Assembly (NCBI GenBank): GCA_051294375.1
Contig: CM119263.1
Coordinates: forward strand, 7,798,635-7,862,634
DNA: 64,000 bases
Source of the DNA: Paraspadella gotoi
Lineage: Eukaryota; Animalia; Chaetognatha
Reading direction: 5' to 3'
Of the stretch, positions 53,390 to 64,000 are shown piece by piece. How positions within the stretch are numbered: the stretch's first letter is position 1; each line of letters begins with the position of its first letter. Made by a program: the position numbers and the translations under genes. The notes under the pieces were generated by a model, which saw only the letters and a program-made list of their open reading frames with translations, was not told the DNA's origin and searched no databases.

Positions 53390-53797
53390 GATGGCGAAAA
53401 CCTTTATAACGAGGAAATGATCCTGGACTCGTTCTTCAAAAACGTTCGTGAATCTGTCGACCCAGAGAAGCGAACCGTCATCGTCTTCCATTGCGAATTT
53501 TCCAAAGAACGCGGCCCCCGGCTCATGCGCTTTCTCCGCAAGCAGGACCGCAAAGAGAACGCCGAGTCTTACCCGCGCCTCCGCTACCCGGAGATTTATC
53601 TTCTTGACGGCGGTTACAAGAACTTCTTCGAGTCGACGCCGAAGACGCACTGCGAACCTCGCACCTACGTCCCCATGTTCGAGAAGCGCTTCTCCGCCGA
53701 ACTACGCTTCTTTCGTCGCAAGACCAAGTCGTGGGCTTCGGGAGATCCGCGGGCTACCGTCGGCATGCAGAAGACCCGATCCGGACTCAAGTTTTAG
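53390..53797 (+). CDS. cdc25: Cdc25 coding exon 6 (catalytic HCX5R loop and C-terminus)
   Basis: ATACAG|GAT acceptor; encodes VFHCEFSKERGP, YPRLRYPEIYLLDGGYKNFF, CEPRTYVPM, RRKTKSW; TAG at 53795-53797. Six exons sum to 2154 nt = 717 aa + stop. Confidence 0.97.
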   Translation, partial: DGENLYNEEMILDSFFKNVRESVDPEKRTVIVFHCEFSKERGPRLMRFLRKQDRKENAESYPRLRYPEIYLLDGGYKNFFESTPKTHCEPRTYVPMFEKRFSAELRFFRRKTKSWASGDPRATVGMQKTRSGLKF

Positions 53798-54475
53798 ACG
53801 TCAAGAATTTTTTTTTTCTTTCTATATTTCTATTATTTCTATTTTATTTTTAAATTTATATCTTGCCAGAGACTTTTTGCAATGCAATTTCAAAGAATCG
53901 CGTGAGTGCCTTATTCGGACGGTTTTTCTCGTCGTCGTCTCGTAATGCATTCATTTATTTTTGATCTCACTCCCCTTCTTCCCACTTCTCTTTCTATCTC
54001 TCCCTACGTCTCTTTCTGTGTTCGCTTCTTTAGTTTCGTTTTTCGTTTCTTTTCGTTCGTTAGTTACTTTTGGTTAAACTCGCAACTGAAACCTTCCAGA
54101 GAATGTTACATTCGCTTCATCGTTCAGCGAAATATCTTTAATGTAATTTAGTGTTAGAAAAAATACAGGACAAAGAAAATTATTTTTCGGTTACGCGATG
54201 TAGCGTTCATTCTTCTGTAGCTCCAGAGAATCCAGAATTTTCTCAACATAATTTATGTAGAGAAACTCGTTTAGATTTGGTTGCGTAGAATTTATTTATT
54301 ATTAGTTTCGTGCCTCGTCTTTGTACATAGCGTTCTATTTCGATTAGACATAAATTGAGCCGCAATAACTTGTCATGTTTCTTAAACATGTACTTTGTTG
54401 GTTTTGGCGATCCTTTGGTACCTCATCCCCTCCCTAACACAGTAGGACATTTCTAATACTAATTTAAATTAAAAA
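53798..54475 (+). promoter_or_regulatory. Putative cdc25 3' UTR (U-rich; end approximate)
   Basis: T-rich tract after the stop with TTTTAT (53842), ATTTA repeats (~54290), TGTACATA (54322) and possible ATTAAA signal (54468). Confidence 0.4.
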
Positions 54476-56556
54476 AACATTTTAAGTACACCGAAAATGC
54501 AAAAATCTAGTCAATGCCTTTGACCTTCTCCCCTTCCGGTGCCGCCACAGTTTCACTGAATTGTAAAGCTTTTGGTTATCATTACGATATAAAAACATGT
54601 CAATTGTATTTTAATTTCCTAATTGTTAAATATAAAATTTCTCGAATTTCCGTTTGTTTACTTTCAAGACAAAAACCAGAAAATGTGGCTAACGAGAAAA
54701 ACAGCATTTCATTCTGACGACAAATAATTGATTATACAGAGTCTCTGTTGTTTGGACTACGCTGACAGTATGCCTGTTCCGTATCATAAACAAACCTAGT
54801 CTGCTTCGGGAATACAACCATAAATCAAAGCTCGCAAAGCAAAGGGGTTCTTTTGAACCAACTAAAAAATCCCACAACCGATTTTCCTATTGTATATGAA
54901 GGAGGCAAGTTTAGCAAATTATTTATACAATCGCTTTGTGAGGCTGACAATATCTAACATGGTTGTCCAGAAAAGCTCAAGTTGAATTTACTGAAAATTT
55001 TTGAGATTCTAAAAAAAATTTGGTAAGAAATTGGTAAAACCAATATGAAAAATAAAACTATCAATAGAAATACAGATCGAGATATAACATTATCAATTAT
55101 ATCATCCTTACCTGGGAGAGGCTATGGATGGTTTTCGTTATGGCCTCAATGAGAATGTAAATCCTTCTCAGCTCAATAATATACCTGCAAACTTTCAAAC
55201 AAGACTCGCACAGGCTAGTAATATACGTATATCTAAATTTTAGATACTTTCCCGTATACACGAATTTCAAATCGGAGTGAAATAAAGAGATTTTTTATTA
55301 CTCTTAGCTGACTCAATATTATTGATATTTGATCATTTCATTAGTTAGAATATTCCCTGACGTTTATGTTCCTATATAATATATCAATAATAACAACTGG
55401 TGCTCTTGCCTTCAGCAGCTTTTTTTGCCGCTTTTTCCCCCCTTATTTTAATATTTGATATTTAAATTTCAAACTCATTGTAAAAAAAATTGAGACGAAC
55501 ATTACAATTTCTTTATTTTGTATACTGTCTTGGGAGCATGAAAGATTTTTTTATATATATAATTATATATTTTAAGTTTTAATGAGGTAACAAGATCAAA
55601 TCAGATCATTGTTCTTTTCCAATTTTTTTCAAAGCTGAAACTTTTATTTTCTATAAGTTTTAACTAGAAAAATTATAAAATGAAAAAAGTGTCATTGGGG
55701 CTGTGATAAAGTTTTGACATTCTGATTGCTCAAACACATACGTTAATGTCTATATTTGTAAGATAAATAAAATTTTTTTTAATATTTCATTTTTTTATTT
55801 TATTCAAATGCAAAAATATTCCTTTTTTGAAATTCGACCATGGCTTTAATGAGCAAAAAACTAAGAAACTGAGCAAGCTGGACGACGGAGTTAAAAAATA
55901 AAATAACGTCAGCAATTTTTTTACGAGGGTGTAAAATTTGAAGTCGCTATGATTAATAACTTTGCCACAGTATGTGATCTTTTCATTTCACTCACATTTA
56001 AAATCAGTGTAATTACCGCCCCCGCACGCTTAAGTACTTATGTTTATAAAAAAAATATTATTATATGATACAAGCAACAAGGTGTCGCTCAATACTGAAA
56101 TGAAGCAAACAAAACGACATCGGAAAACCCGAGTCGGGCCGGAAAGAAAATTTACCCTCGAGGAATTATTGTCCGAATGCAGTCTTACAAGAAAATACTG
56201 CTCGCTTCTGCACTTCTTTTTTTTAATTTAAGGACTAATTTCAGTGTATAATTTTTATCAAACATATAATATGACAACTCTATGATATGCATTTTGATAT
56301 TATTACAAAACCAAGGACAAAAGTACAAAGAGAAGCCAAGTTTTCTGAATATTACTATAAGAAAAAAATGAAACTAATTTTTTTTACTAAGTTAAAGCGG
56401 CTTCCCGTATCTCGATAAAATATTTTTGGTGATACTCTCAAACAGTATTTACTTTTAAATGCCAAAAAAGAAAAACAAAATAACCAATCTCACAAAGAAA
56501 TATTCAGGCTTACTATACTGGGGATAATGTCTTAGGTCAAAATGTCTAACAGGACC

Positions 56557-56649
<93 letters not shown>

Positions 56650-57131
56650 CATGATTCAGGCAGGCAGAGAGTGATCGAGTGTCACGGTTTTCAGATCTTA
56701 AGATCGGCGAAGACAGGTTCCAAGGAATGATATGATAAGAAACACTGACGGAAGTTAGGACATCACGAGAAAGAGAGGGATAATACTTGGACATTGAAAG
56801 TGGGGGATGTAATTAGTCTCAGAGAAAAAGGATATTCTTCAAGCGAAATGGACGAGGATTACGACAGCTTTGACGAGGTCGAGGGGGATCGCTCAATCGG
56901 ACGGGGCGCCGACCTTCTCGATAAGTTATCTTTCCTTGACAGGTCAAGAGGCAAGTTTGCGGCGGGGAATTCCTCAATAAAGGCGTGGCAAAAATGGACG
57001 TGGAAAATTAAAAATACTTTTCTTAACGAATTTTCGTCTAAATAATTTCGCCAATTCATCGCCACAGTTGAAAAATAATAAGTTCATTTCAGGTCGGAAT
57101 GACTTGACCGTATTTTTTTTGTTTCCTTTTG

Positions 57132-57691
57132 TCAGTTTGCATCAATTCGAGATACGAGGACTCTTTGATGATGTACTGGCGCCAGTGGCGCCGCCAGAGC
57201 CGAAGCGCCTTCTCCCGCGCCGCACGCCGCCATCGAAGGCGAAGAAACGCCTGGACGGGGCTCGCCGCCGCTAGGCGTCGTGGCCAGACTCGGGAGAGCC
57301 GCCTGCGGTGTGTCAGCCCCACATGGAACTGGATGATGGGGCAGGGCGAGGGCTGAAAATGAATGAAAGGCTGCGAATGGAGAGAGAGGGGAGAACGCAG
57401 ATTTTGGGATGGAAGGGTCCAAGCACGACGACGACGATGTAGCGTACGATGACGACCCTTCCAGAGGCCAAGTCGTCGAAAAAGGCGGGCAATAAACGCC
57501 ACCTATGTAAGGATGATACGGAATGGGATAAGTGCGGAGGGGCGGGGGCGTGAGAGGGGGCGTGGGGTGGCGCGTGGGAGGGCGTGGGCGTCGGGAGAGA
57601 CGAAAACGAAGACGATGACGTAAGATGAAAAGAGGAAGAGGAGGAGGAAGAGGAAACCGGAAATCGTGGCTCCTCATCCGCCGGCGCCGTC
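57132..57691 (-). CDS. dmrt93B: Dmrt93B-like terminal exon (Pro/Ser-rich, KSAFSPL motif); probable 1-nt frameshift. As assembled the spliced frame stops at 57313
   Basis: TTCTTATCCAG|G acceptor after a (CT)n tract; entry frame reads TAPADEEPRFPVSSS...PPH while the YPIPYHPY...KSAFSPL segment lies in a different frame ending TGA at 57134-57132. Confidence 0.65.
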
Positions 57692-57705
57692 CTGGATAAG
57701 AAAAA

Positions 57706-57774
<69 letters not shown>

Positions 57775-57912
57775 GAGAGAGAAAAAAGAGAGAGTTGTGT
57801 CAACATTGAAGAGGAGCGATGATGGAATATTGATTTGGACACATCTGGATTATGCTCTGGCATCGCGTTATTAACTTAGCCCGCTCGGAGGGAGCGGCGG
57901 TGGAGAGGAACT

Positions 57913-57974
<62 letters not shown>

Positions 57975-57980
57975 CAGAGC

Positions 57981-58033
<53 letters not shown>

Positions 58034-58437
58034 CAGTTGCTTCCGAGTAAAACGTGAATTACTTTTTTTATTGCCCTGGTGTTGAATTTTTCTTCTTGCG
58101 CCCGAAAATTATTTTTTTGGAACATATTTAAATTTTTAGTTGTTTTTTAACCTTCTCTAATTGACATTGTTTACAGAACCGTCGTTAAAACCTTTATTTG
58201 TTAAGTTATATTTGCCTGCGTCTCTTTTCCTAGCCCAAGGCTCTTTTCATCCGAATAAACCTTTACCATTTTCTAATGTAATTATAATAATCATAATGAT
58301 AACCTATTGTTTCTCCGAGTGAGTTAAAAAAAAATTACGTTTTTGAAGAAAACTGCTACTTTATGGTATTCGTACAACCGATATAAAAATTATCCATTCA
58401 TTTAATTTATTTCCCCCAATTCATTCAACGTTCTCAC

Positions 58438-58786
58438 CTCTGCCGCTGAATGAGAAAGGTGTCCTGCGCGGAGAGAAAGTGCTCGATGGCTTTGACGAGA
58501 TCTCCGTTGCATCCTTGAAGGACGAGTTCGAGGACGGCGCGCTTCTGACTCGGAAACACCCTCTCAAGGATCTCGATGGGGGTGAGGCGCCCGGGGCGGA
58601 ACGCCCGAGGCACGCCGTTGACGCCGGCAGAGGCGCCGTTGGGGTCAGGGGATTCCGGCCGCGACGATCGCGGCGTCGCGGCGCCGTTGAAGACTCGTGC
58701 CGAGTCAGCACCGGATGATGACGTCGACGACGATGACGTTTTGCGAATTTTGACGGATTTTGGAGACAAAGGATCAACGTTCGAAT
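58438..58786 (-). CDS. dmrt93B: Dmrt93B-like exon 4 (DMA domain)
   Basis: TTCTTAG|AT acceptor (phase 1), AG|GTGAGA donor (phase 2); encodes TPIEILERVFPSQKRAVLELVLQGCNGDLVKAIEHFL, a typical DMA (DMRTA) motif. Confidence 0.93.
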
Positions 58787-59819
58787 CTAAGAACCGACGA
58801 AAATATTTTCTGGTTGGATTATTTAAGAGAAAAAAAGATCAATTATGTAAATATTCAATATAGATTTTACACGAAAAAGCCTAAACTAAAGATTCTCGTT
58901 AAAAAAATGTTTTCGTCGTCGCTGAAATTTCTTCCCATATATGAATCGGTGGTCATCTTCGTGGTCTCAGTCTTCGAAAACCTCGTCGTAAAAAAAATTG
59001 GTCGGACCTGTGAGGACCGTTTTTGTCTCCGACCCCCGGGGTGACCGTATTGTACTCTCCCCATATGCCTCATTTCGTCGGGGTGTTCCCCTCATCAAAA
59101 ATAGACCAGACGACCTTTTTTGGGGACACCATAATAAAAACCACCATTTTATATTTCTGCCAAAAGCGACAAAACCAAATTATGGGTTTAACAAAACTTT
59201 TTTTGTTTTCTGGTTTATCGGTTTTTTATTAGAACCTTTCTTTTAGCGAGCATTAGGGATTTTCATCAGACCGAAACGAAAGGGACATATTCCGTCTGCC
59301 TTCGTCCAAATTAAAGGTTTATATCGAATGTATATCTAGGGCGTTTCCGAATTCTGGTTTTTTTTTACCCGTGCTCAATTTTAGAAGCCTCAGTAATTCA
59401 CGATATATACATAAATTGTCATTAAAATTAAAGCTATTATGATAGTAGTTTGATAGTCGTATATTAGCAGTATAATTTATATAGAAGTTTAATCGTTTTA
59501 TCTCTCTGTAGTTCATTATAAGCTATTTTTAATCGTTGATTGTTTGAAAAGCCTGGATGCTCCACATTCAGTCGCCCCCCTCTTTCGTGTCCTGAACTTT
59601 GTAGTATTACAGACGATCCTCACAGGAATTCGGTCTTCGGATTCGACGTCAACGTCTCTCGTAACATGAATCTTCGCGGTTAACTCCCCTTGAATAGAAA
59701 GGCTCTCGTCCTCCGAGGGAGCGCCTCGGTGCCTCACTTTTAGTGTTGTCGACGCATGCGCCTCGCTCGATTAGATCAAGAAAACTTCATTCCGCACCAA
59801 TTACTCGCGGTAAACTCAC

Positions 59820-59964
59820 CCTTTTCCACTTCGACCTCGTCGTCTTCTTCGCGATACTTATCGTCGCATTCGTCGTCGTCGTCGTCGGCGCTGGTGTCGC
59901 ACACGATGTTCTCTTGTTTATCACACATTTCGACGTCTCCGTCCGACGAACCGAAGAGTCCGAA
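59820..59964 (-). CDS. dmrt93B: Dmrt93B-like exon 3 (acidic linker FGLFGSSDGD...DDDDDECDDKYREEDDEVEVEK)
   Basis: TTTCCTTTTCAG|TTC acceptor, G|GTGAGT donor; 145 nt, phase 0 to 1, fits both neighbours. Confidence 0.85.
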
Positions 59965-60375
59965 CTGAAAAGGAAATCGAAAAGAAGTGTCAAATTCAAG
60001 TTTAAAATTTATACAATTTAATAACAGTATTATTTTCCACATTGTATAATAAAAAAAGAAGATTTGGAAAAGAAAAAAGATACTCCGAGGGGCTTCCTTC
60101 GGCCGGAAGGGAATCGCACAAAATCAAAATGACCCCATGTCTCTCTTTGAGCTCAAGTGTGAGCAAAAGAAGCCTCAACAGTTAACGACGACTTCAACCT
60201 TTTCGAACTTCAAAGAAAAAAGGAAAGACAAACAGAGAAAGAAAGCGATTAAAAGGCGTAACTTGAAAACGTGAGCAGATATGAAAATTTACAATCAAAA
60301 TACATAAAAATATTATTCGTTTGCTATTAAAAAAGGTAAGTTTCCACCAGTCCCGCTTTAGACTTTAAAACTCAC

Positions 60376-60524
60376 CCCCGCGTTGAGACTGAGGGAGAAA
60401 GGGCTGCAGGCACGGAGCCCCAAGGCGATAGCATCCTCAGCCGCCTGTTGCCGCTTCAGCGCCACTTGCGCCGCCATGACTCTCTGCCGCTCGGCGATCA
60501 AGTTGCATTTGGGGCATCGGCAAT
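60376..60524 (-). CDS. dmrt93B: Dmrt93B-like exon 2 (second half of DM domain)
   Basis: CTTCAG|AT acceptor (phase 1) gives [39 protein letters not shown]; the LKRQQAxEDAIA tail is characteristic of the Dmrt93B/dmd-4 group; donor GGG|GTGAGT. Confidence 0.95.
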
Positions 60525-61244
60525 CTGAAGCGGAAATGGAATCAGCATTTAATTGCATTTTGGGCATCAGCCGTTGGGAGAGGAAAAAGAGTCAGTATCA
60601 AGTGGAATTTGGGGTATCAGCAATCAGAAAATGAAAAAGGAAAGGGTTTTGGGAACCAGGTAGAGGAAAGGGTATCTAAAAAAAATGTTTTATTGCTGCG
60701 TTTTTTTGCTGCACCAAGTGAGAATTGCTTGGATGAGTGGAAATGGTGAGCCTTTAAGGACTAAACCATTTCCTCCCGTCCCTTTTATCTTTTCTTCCCG
60801 TTAAACGAAATCGAATCTCGTGACATTTGGATTTCGAAAAAGTTTGAGGATCTCGTGAAAAGGGGAAAAATGGTGAACGTGAGCCCGTGAAATGTTCTCT
60901 CAGTCGGGGGTCGCCGATCGCGAACCTCGATTATCTCACGCGCGATTCGATTTGAAAAGAAGAAAAATGAATAAGAAAAATTCCATCTCGAAAATCGAGA
61001 AATATCGGGATTTGGAAAAAGAGATGGAAATTGAAATGATTGAGAGAGAGAAAAAAAATGGAAGATCGTCTTTTTTTAGTTAATTTTATCCACTTTGCCA
61101 TGAGATGGAAACTGGCAAATGGCAACTGGCAACTGGCTACAGTGTCGCGTCTTGAGGGGAAGGCGAATATCAAGTTTCGAGAGGAATGACCGAAGGGATT
61201 GCTTGCGCAATTTGAGAGTGACCTTAAGAGTTTGTTTTTTTCGT

Positions 61245-61357
61245 CCTTTCTTTCTTTCTCTCTTTCTTTCTTACTTTCTCTCTTTCTTTCTTTCTTTATT
61301 TCCTTTTTTCTTTTTTCTTTTTTCTTTTTTCTTTTTTCTTTTTTCTTTTTTCTTTTT

Positions 61358-61388
<31 letters not shown>
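61245..61388 (+). repeat. (TTTC)n/(TTTTTTC)n tract at the start of Dmrt intron 1
   Basis: Direct reading; begins immediately after the minus-strand donor. Confidence 0.9.
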
Positions 61389-61389
<1 letters not shown>

Positions 61390-61391
61390 AC

Positions 61392-61584
61392 CCTTGTGGG
61401 GACAAAATCTTTTGTGGCCCTTAAGCCAAGACACCATGCCATGATTCCGGCACCGCGCGCATTTCGGTCTCCTAACGGCGCCGTTGGTCGACGATGCCGG
61501 GGAATGGCGGGAATCCGGCGCCGCCAGCGGAGAAGGGGCGCCGCCGGGGGAGGCCACGGCCGACGCCGTCGTCGTGGAATGCAT
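61392..61584 (-). CDS. dmrt93B: Dmrt93B-like DM-domain transcription factor, exon 1 (first half of DM domain)
   Basis: MHSTTT...[27 protein letters not shown], then donor G|GTAAGA (61391), phase 1. Confidence 0.93.
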
Positions 61585-61711
61585 TGTAGAATATTTAAAA
61601 CTTTAGAAATTTGAATAGTTAAAATTATAATAAGATTCGTAGGAGAGAGAGAACGGAGAGAGAGAGAGAGCGAGAACGAGAGAGAGAGAGGAGAGAGGAG
61701 AGAGAGAGAGA

Positions 61712-61763
<52 letters not shown>

Positions 61764-62193
61764 CGTGGCAACGTAAACTAAAAAAATTGATGGAAATGAA
61801 AGAGATTTAAAAAGCGCAAAATCAAATACATTATAATGGACGAATTATGATATTTGTGCGAAATGCTTTAATAAAGACAGTGCAATTATGGCAAAATCAG
61901 CAGAAAAAAATTGTCGTCTGTTGTTTTTATTTTTTTATAATAAAATATTTATCTTACAACTTAACGCTCGAGCGCTTTTAGTAAGTTTTGACGTCGCGAA
62001 ATCCTCGTTACACACTTTTGAACGTTCCTTTGAAGGATGTATGCCGAATACGTTCATGAGTCTGCGGTAACATCTTTTCTGCCGTCCCGGATGTAACTCC
62101 ATTCGCTGGAGGAAGACGAGCGCGCCCCTCCGCCTCGCGAGACGACGCAATTCGAGTCACTTTCTCCGATCGGCGGGGGGAGAAACGAAAGCT

Positions 62194-62225
62194 GATTGGT
62201 CAACGAATAAACGCTTTCATTGGTT
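62194..62225 (-). promoter_or_regulatory. Paired CCAAT boxes upstream of the Dmrt gene
   Basis: GATTGG and CATTGG on + (CCAAT on -) ~24 bp apart beside a CpG-rich patch ~600 bp upstream of the ATG. Confidence 0.3.
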
Positions 62226-63485
62226 GACGGAGAAGGCGCTTAGGAGGAGGAGGAAGAGGAGAAAAAAACGTAAAAGGGAAAGGAGGAGGAAGAGGAGAAG
62301 GAGAAGTAAAGCGTGAGGATTTGCGATGGGGAGAGACTAAGAAATCGAGACCTCGAATCAATTAGGGAGAAAAGAAGGAAAAAAACGGGGAAAAAGGAAA
62401 AAGATGGAAAAAATGGAAAGAAGAGAGAAAGAGATGGAAGATATTTGATAAGGAGCGCGGCATCGGGACCCGATTCATGCTCCACACAAATACTTTTTCC
62501 TTTTCACATTCGCCCCGTTAGACCTCCGGAATTTGACCTCGATCGTGGACCCAATTTTTAAAGAGCAAAATGTTTTGGAGCAGATGCGACTTATTTATTT
62601 TTTGTCGCCTTTATTGTTAAAATGGATTGTCGGTCTACCTTTTCCCAAATTGTTTTGTTTTGAAGCTTGATTGGGATAAACTTATTACCTTAGGGTCATT
62701 TTCTATACATATGTTGATTTTTTGTCATCGTGAAATTTTTTTCTTATCCGAAATTGAAAAATATTTAATAATTTATTAAATAGCAACAGTTCACATCTCA
62801 CATTATCCAATCCAATCTGACGCCCTACGAGGTTCACAGTATCGATCCGCGTCGACTCAGTGAATCCAAGTAACTTCGAAGGACTCGTATCAAATGTTGA
62901 ACATCTTCGTTGAGAACTCGATCCAATCCGTATTTACTTTGCGCTGGAGAAAATCCATTTCTTAAAAACTTCCGGTTTTCAAACACTCTGGAAAGTTCTC
63001 TCTCTCTCTCTCTCTCTCTCTCTCCCCCTGCCTTCATATCCCTTCTTCTGCTCTCTCTCTTTCTCCCCTCTTCTCTGCTCGCTTTTCCCCTCCTCCTCTC
63101 ATCTCCTTCCTCGTCTCTCTCTCTCCTCTCTGCCTCTCGTCATCCGTCATTCTCTACGGCGTTTTCTGTCTCGCTCTATCCTCCTCGCATTTGTCTTCTC
63201 TCCCTCTTCTCTGTGGCCGGCGCGTCGTGGCCCTGCCCCTCGCTTTCCGCGCCGCGGCCTCCCTCCGATAGCGGCCGTTCCACCCCGCTCTGTTCCAGTC
63301 TCTCTCTCTCGCTTCGTCTCTCTCTCTCTCTCGCTCCTCTCATCTTCTCCCGTCTTCCCCCGCGCCTCCTCGTTCTTTTTTCCTTTTTCTCCATACGCAG
63401 AGACTGAGGGATACAGCGGAAAGTTAATAGAAAGTTGATAGAGAAGGAAGGTTGAGAATAAGAGACAGGGAGAGAATAGAGAAAA

Positions 63486-63572
<87 letters not shown>

Positions 63573-63666
63573 CACCCTATTCAATCGTTCTAGGAATCTA
63601 CCCCCCTCCCGCTCGGTCTGCCTTCGTGGGGACTTCTTTTATTTTTGTTTGAAAAGAAAATCATAC

Positions 63667-63718
<52 letters not shown>

Positions 63719-64000
63719 GAGAAGAGAGAGAGAGAGAGAAGCGAGAGAGAGAGAGCGGGAAAGGAGAAAGAGTGGAAGGGAGTAAGAAAATACGGAGAAA
63801 GTGAGAGAAAAATAGATCCGGTAGAGAGAAAGATAGAGAGAGAAAGCGAGACCTCAATCCATTCATGTTTCTCCAATGGTGTCGAGATACTCGTTATATT
63901 TTTTCGATAAAACGTTTCCCTTCTGAAGTTTGAGCCGAAAAAAAACACTTCTTCTCTTCACCTCGCTGCTGTTTTGTTTTCATTGGTCGCTACGAAAATA

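Noticed and set aside
52145-53945. Antisense and alternate-frame ORFs over cdc25 exons
   Set aside because: Shadow ORFs of GC-rich coding sequence.
60039-60047. ACATTGTAT, a DM-protein-like binding core in Dmrt intron 2
   Set aside because: Single short AT-rich match expected by chance.
273-63948. Numerous poly-SL, poly-ER, poly-F/K ORFs in the track
   Set aside because: Translations of GA/CT, TTTC and GTC microsatellites or N gaps; frames are not conserved between duplicate copies.

Overview
Animal (invertebrate bilaterian) genomic scaffold, AT-rich with CpG-rich patches and many (GA/CT)n microsatellites. Two spliced protein-coding genes can be built by hand with GT-AG, phase-checked junctions, both in the last 17 kb and arranged tail-to-tail. 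(1) A Cdc25/string-type phosphatase on + (6 coding exons, 47914-53797, 717 aa, including an 88-nt exon missing from the ORF track). (2) A DM-domain + DMA-domain transcription factor most like Dmrt93B on - (5 exons, 61584-~57132), whose last exon appears to carry a 1-nt frameshift. Upstream of cdc25 are a 430-bp TA-flanked Tc1/mariner-type MITE and two candidate promoters. The first ~43 kb contains no recognisable coding sequence. Roughly 15 kb of it is redundant: a fold-back inverted repeat plus direct and inverted duplicate blocks that meet at 25-N gaps or inside microsatellites and differ by homopolymer-type indels, most likely long-read gap-filling or haplotype artefact. One duplicate pair reveals a ~0.9-kb presence/absence insertion. 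I found no convincing new multi-gene system. The best leads are candidate alternative exons of both genes, the Dmrt frameshift and the polymorphic insertion. All calls come from reading the sequence; no searches were run.
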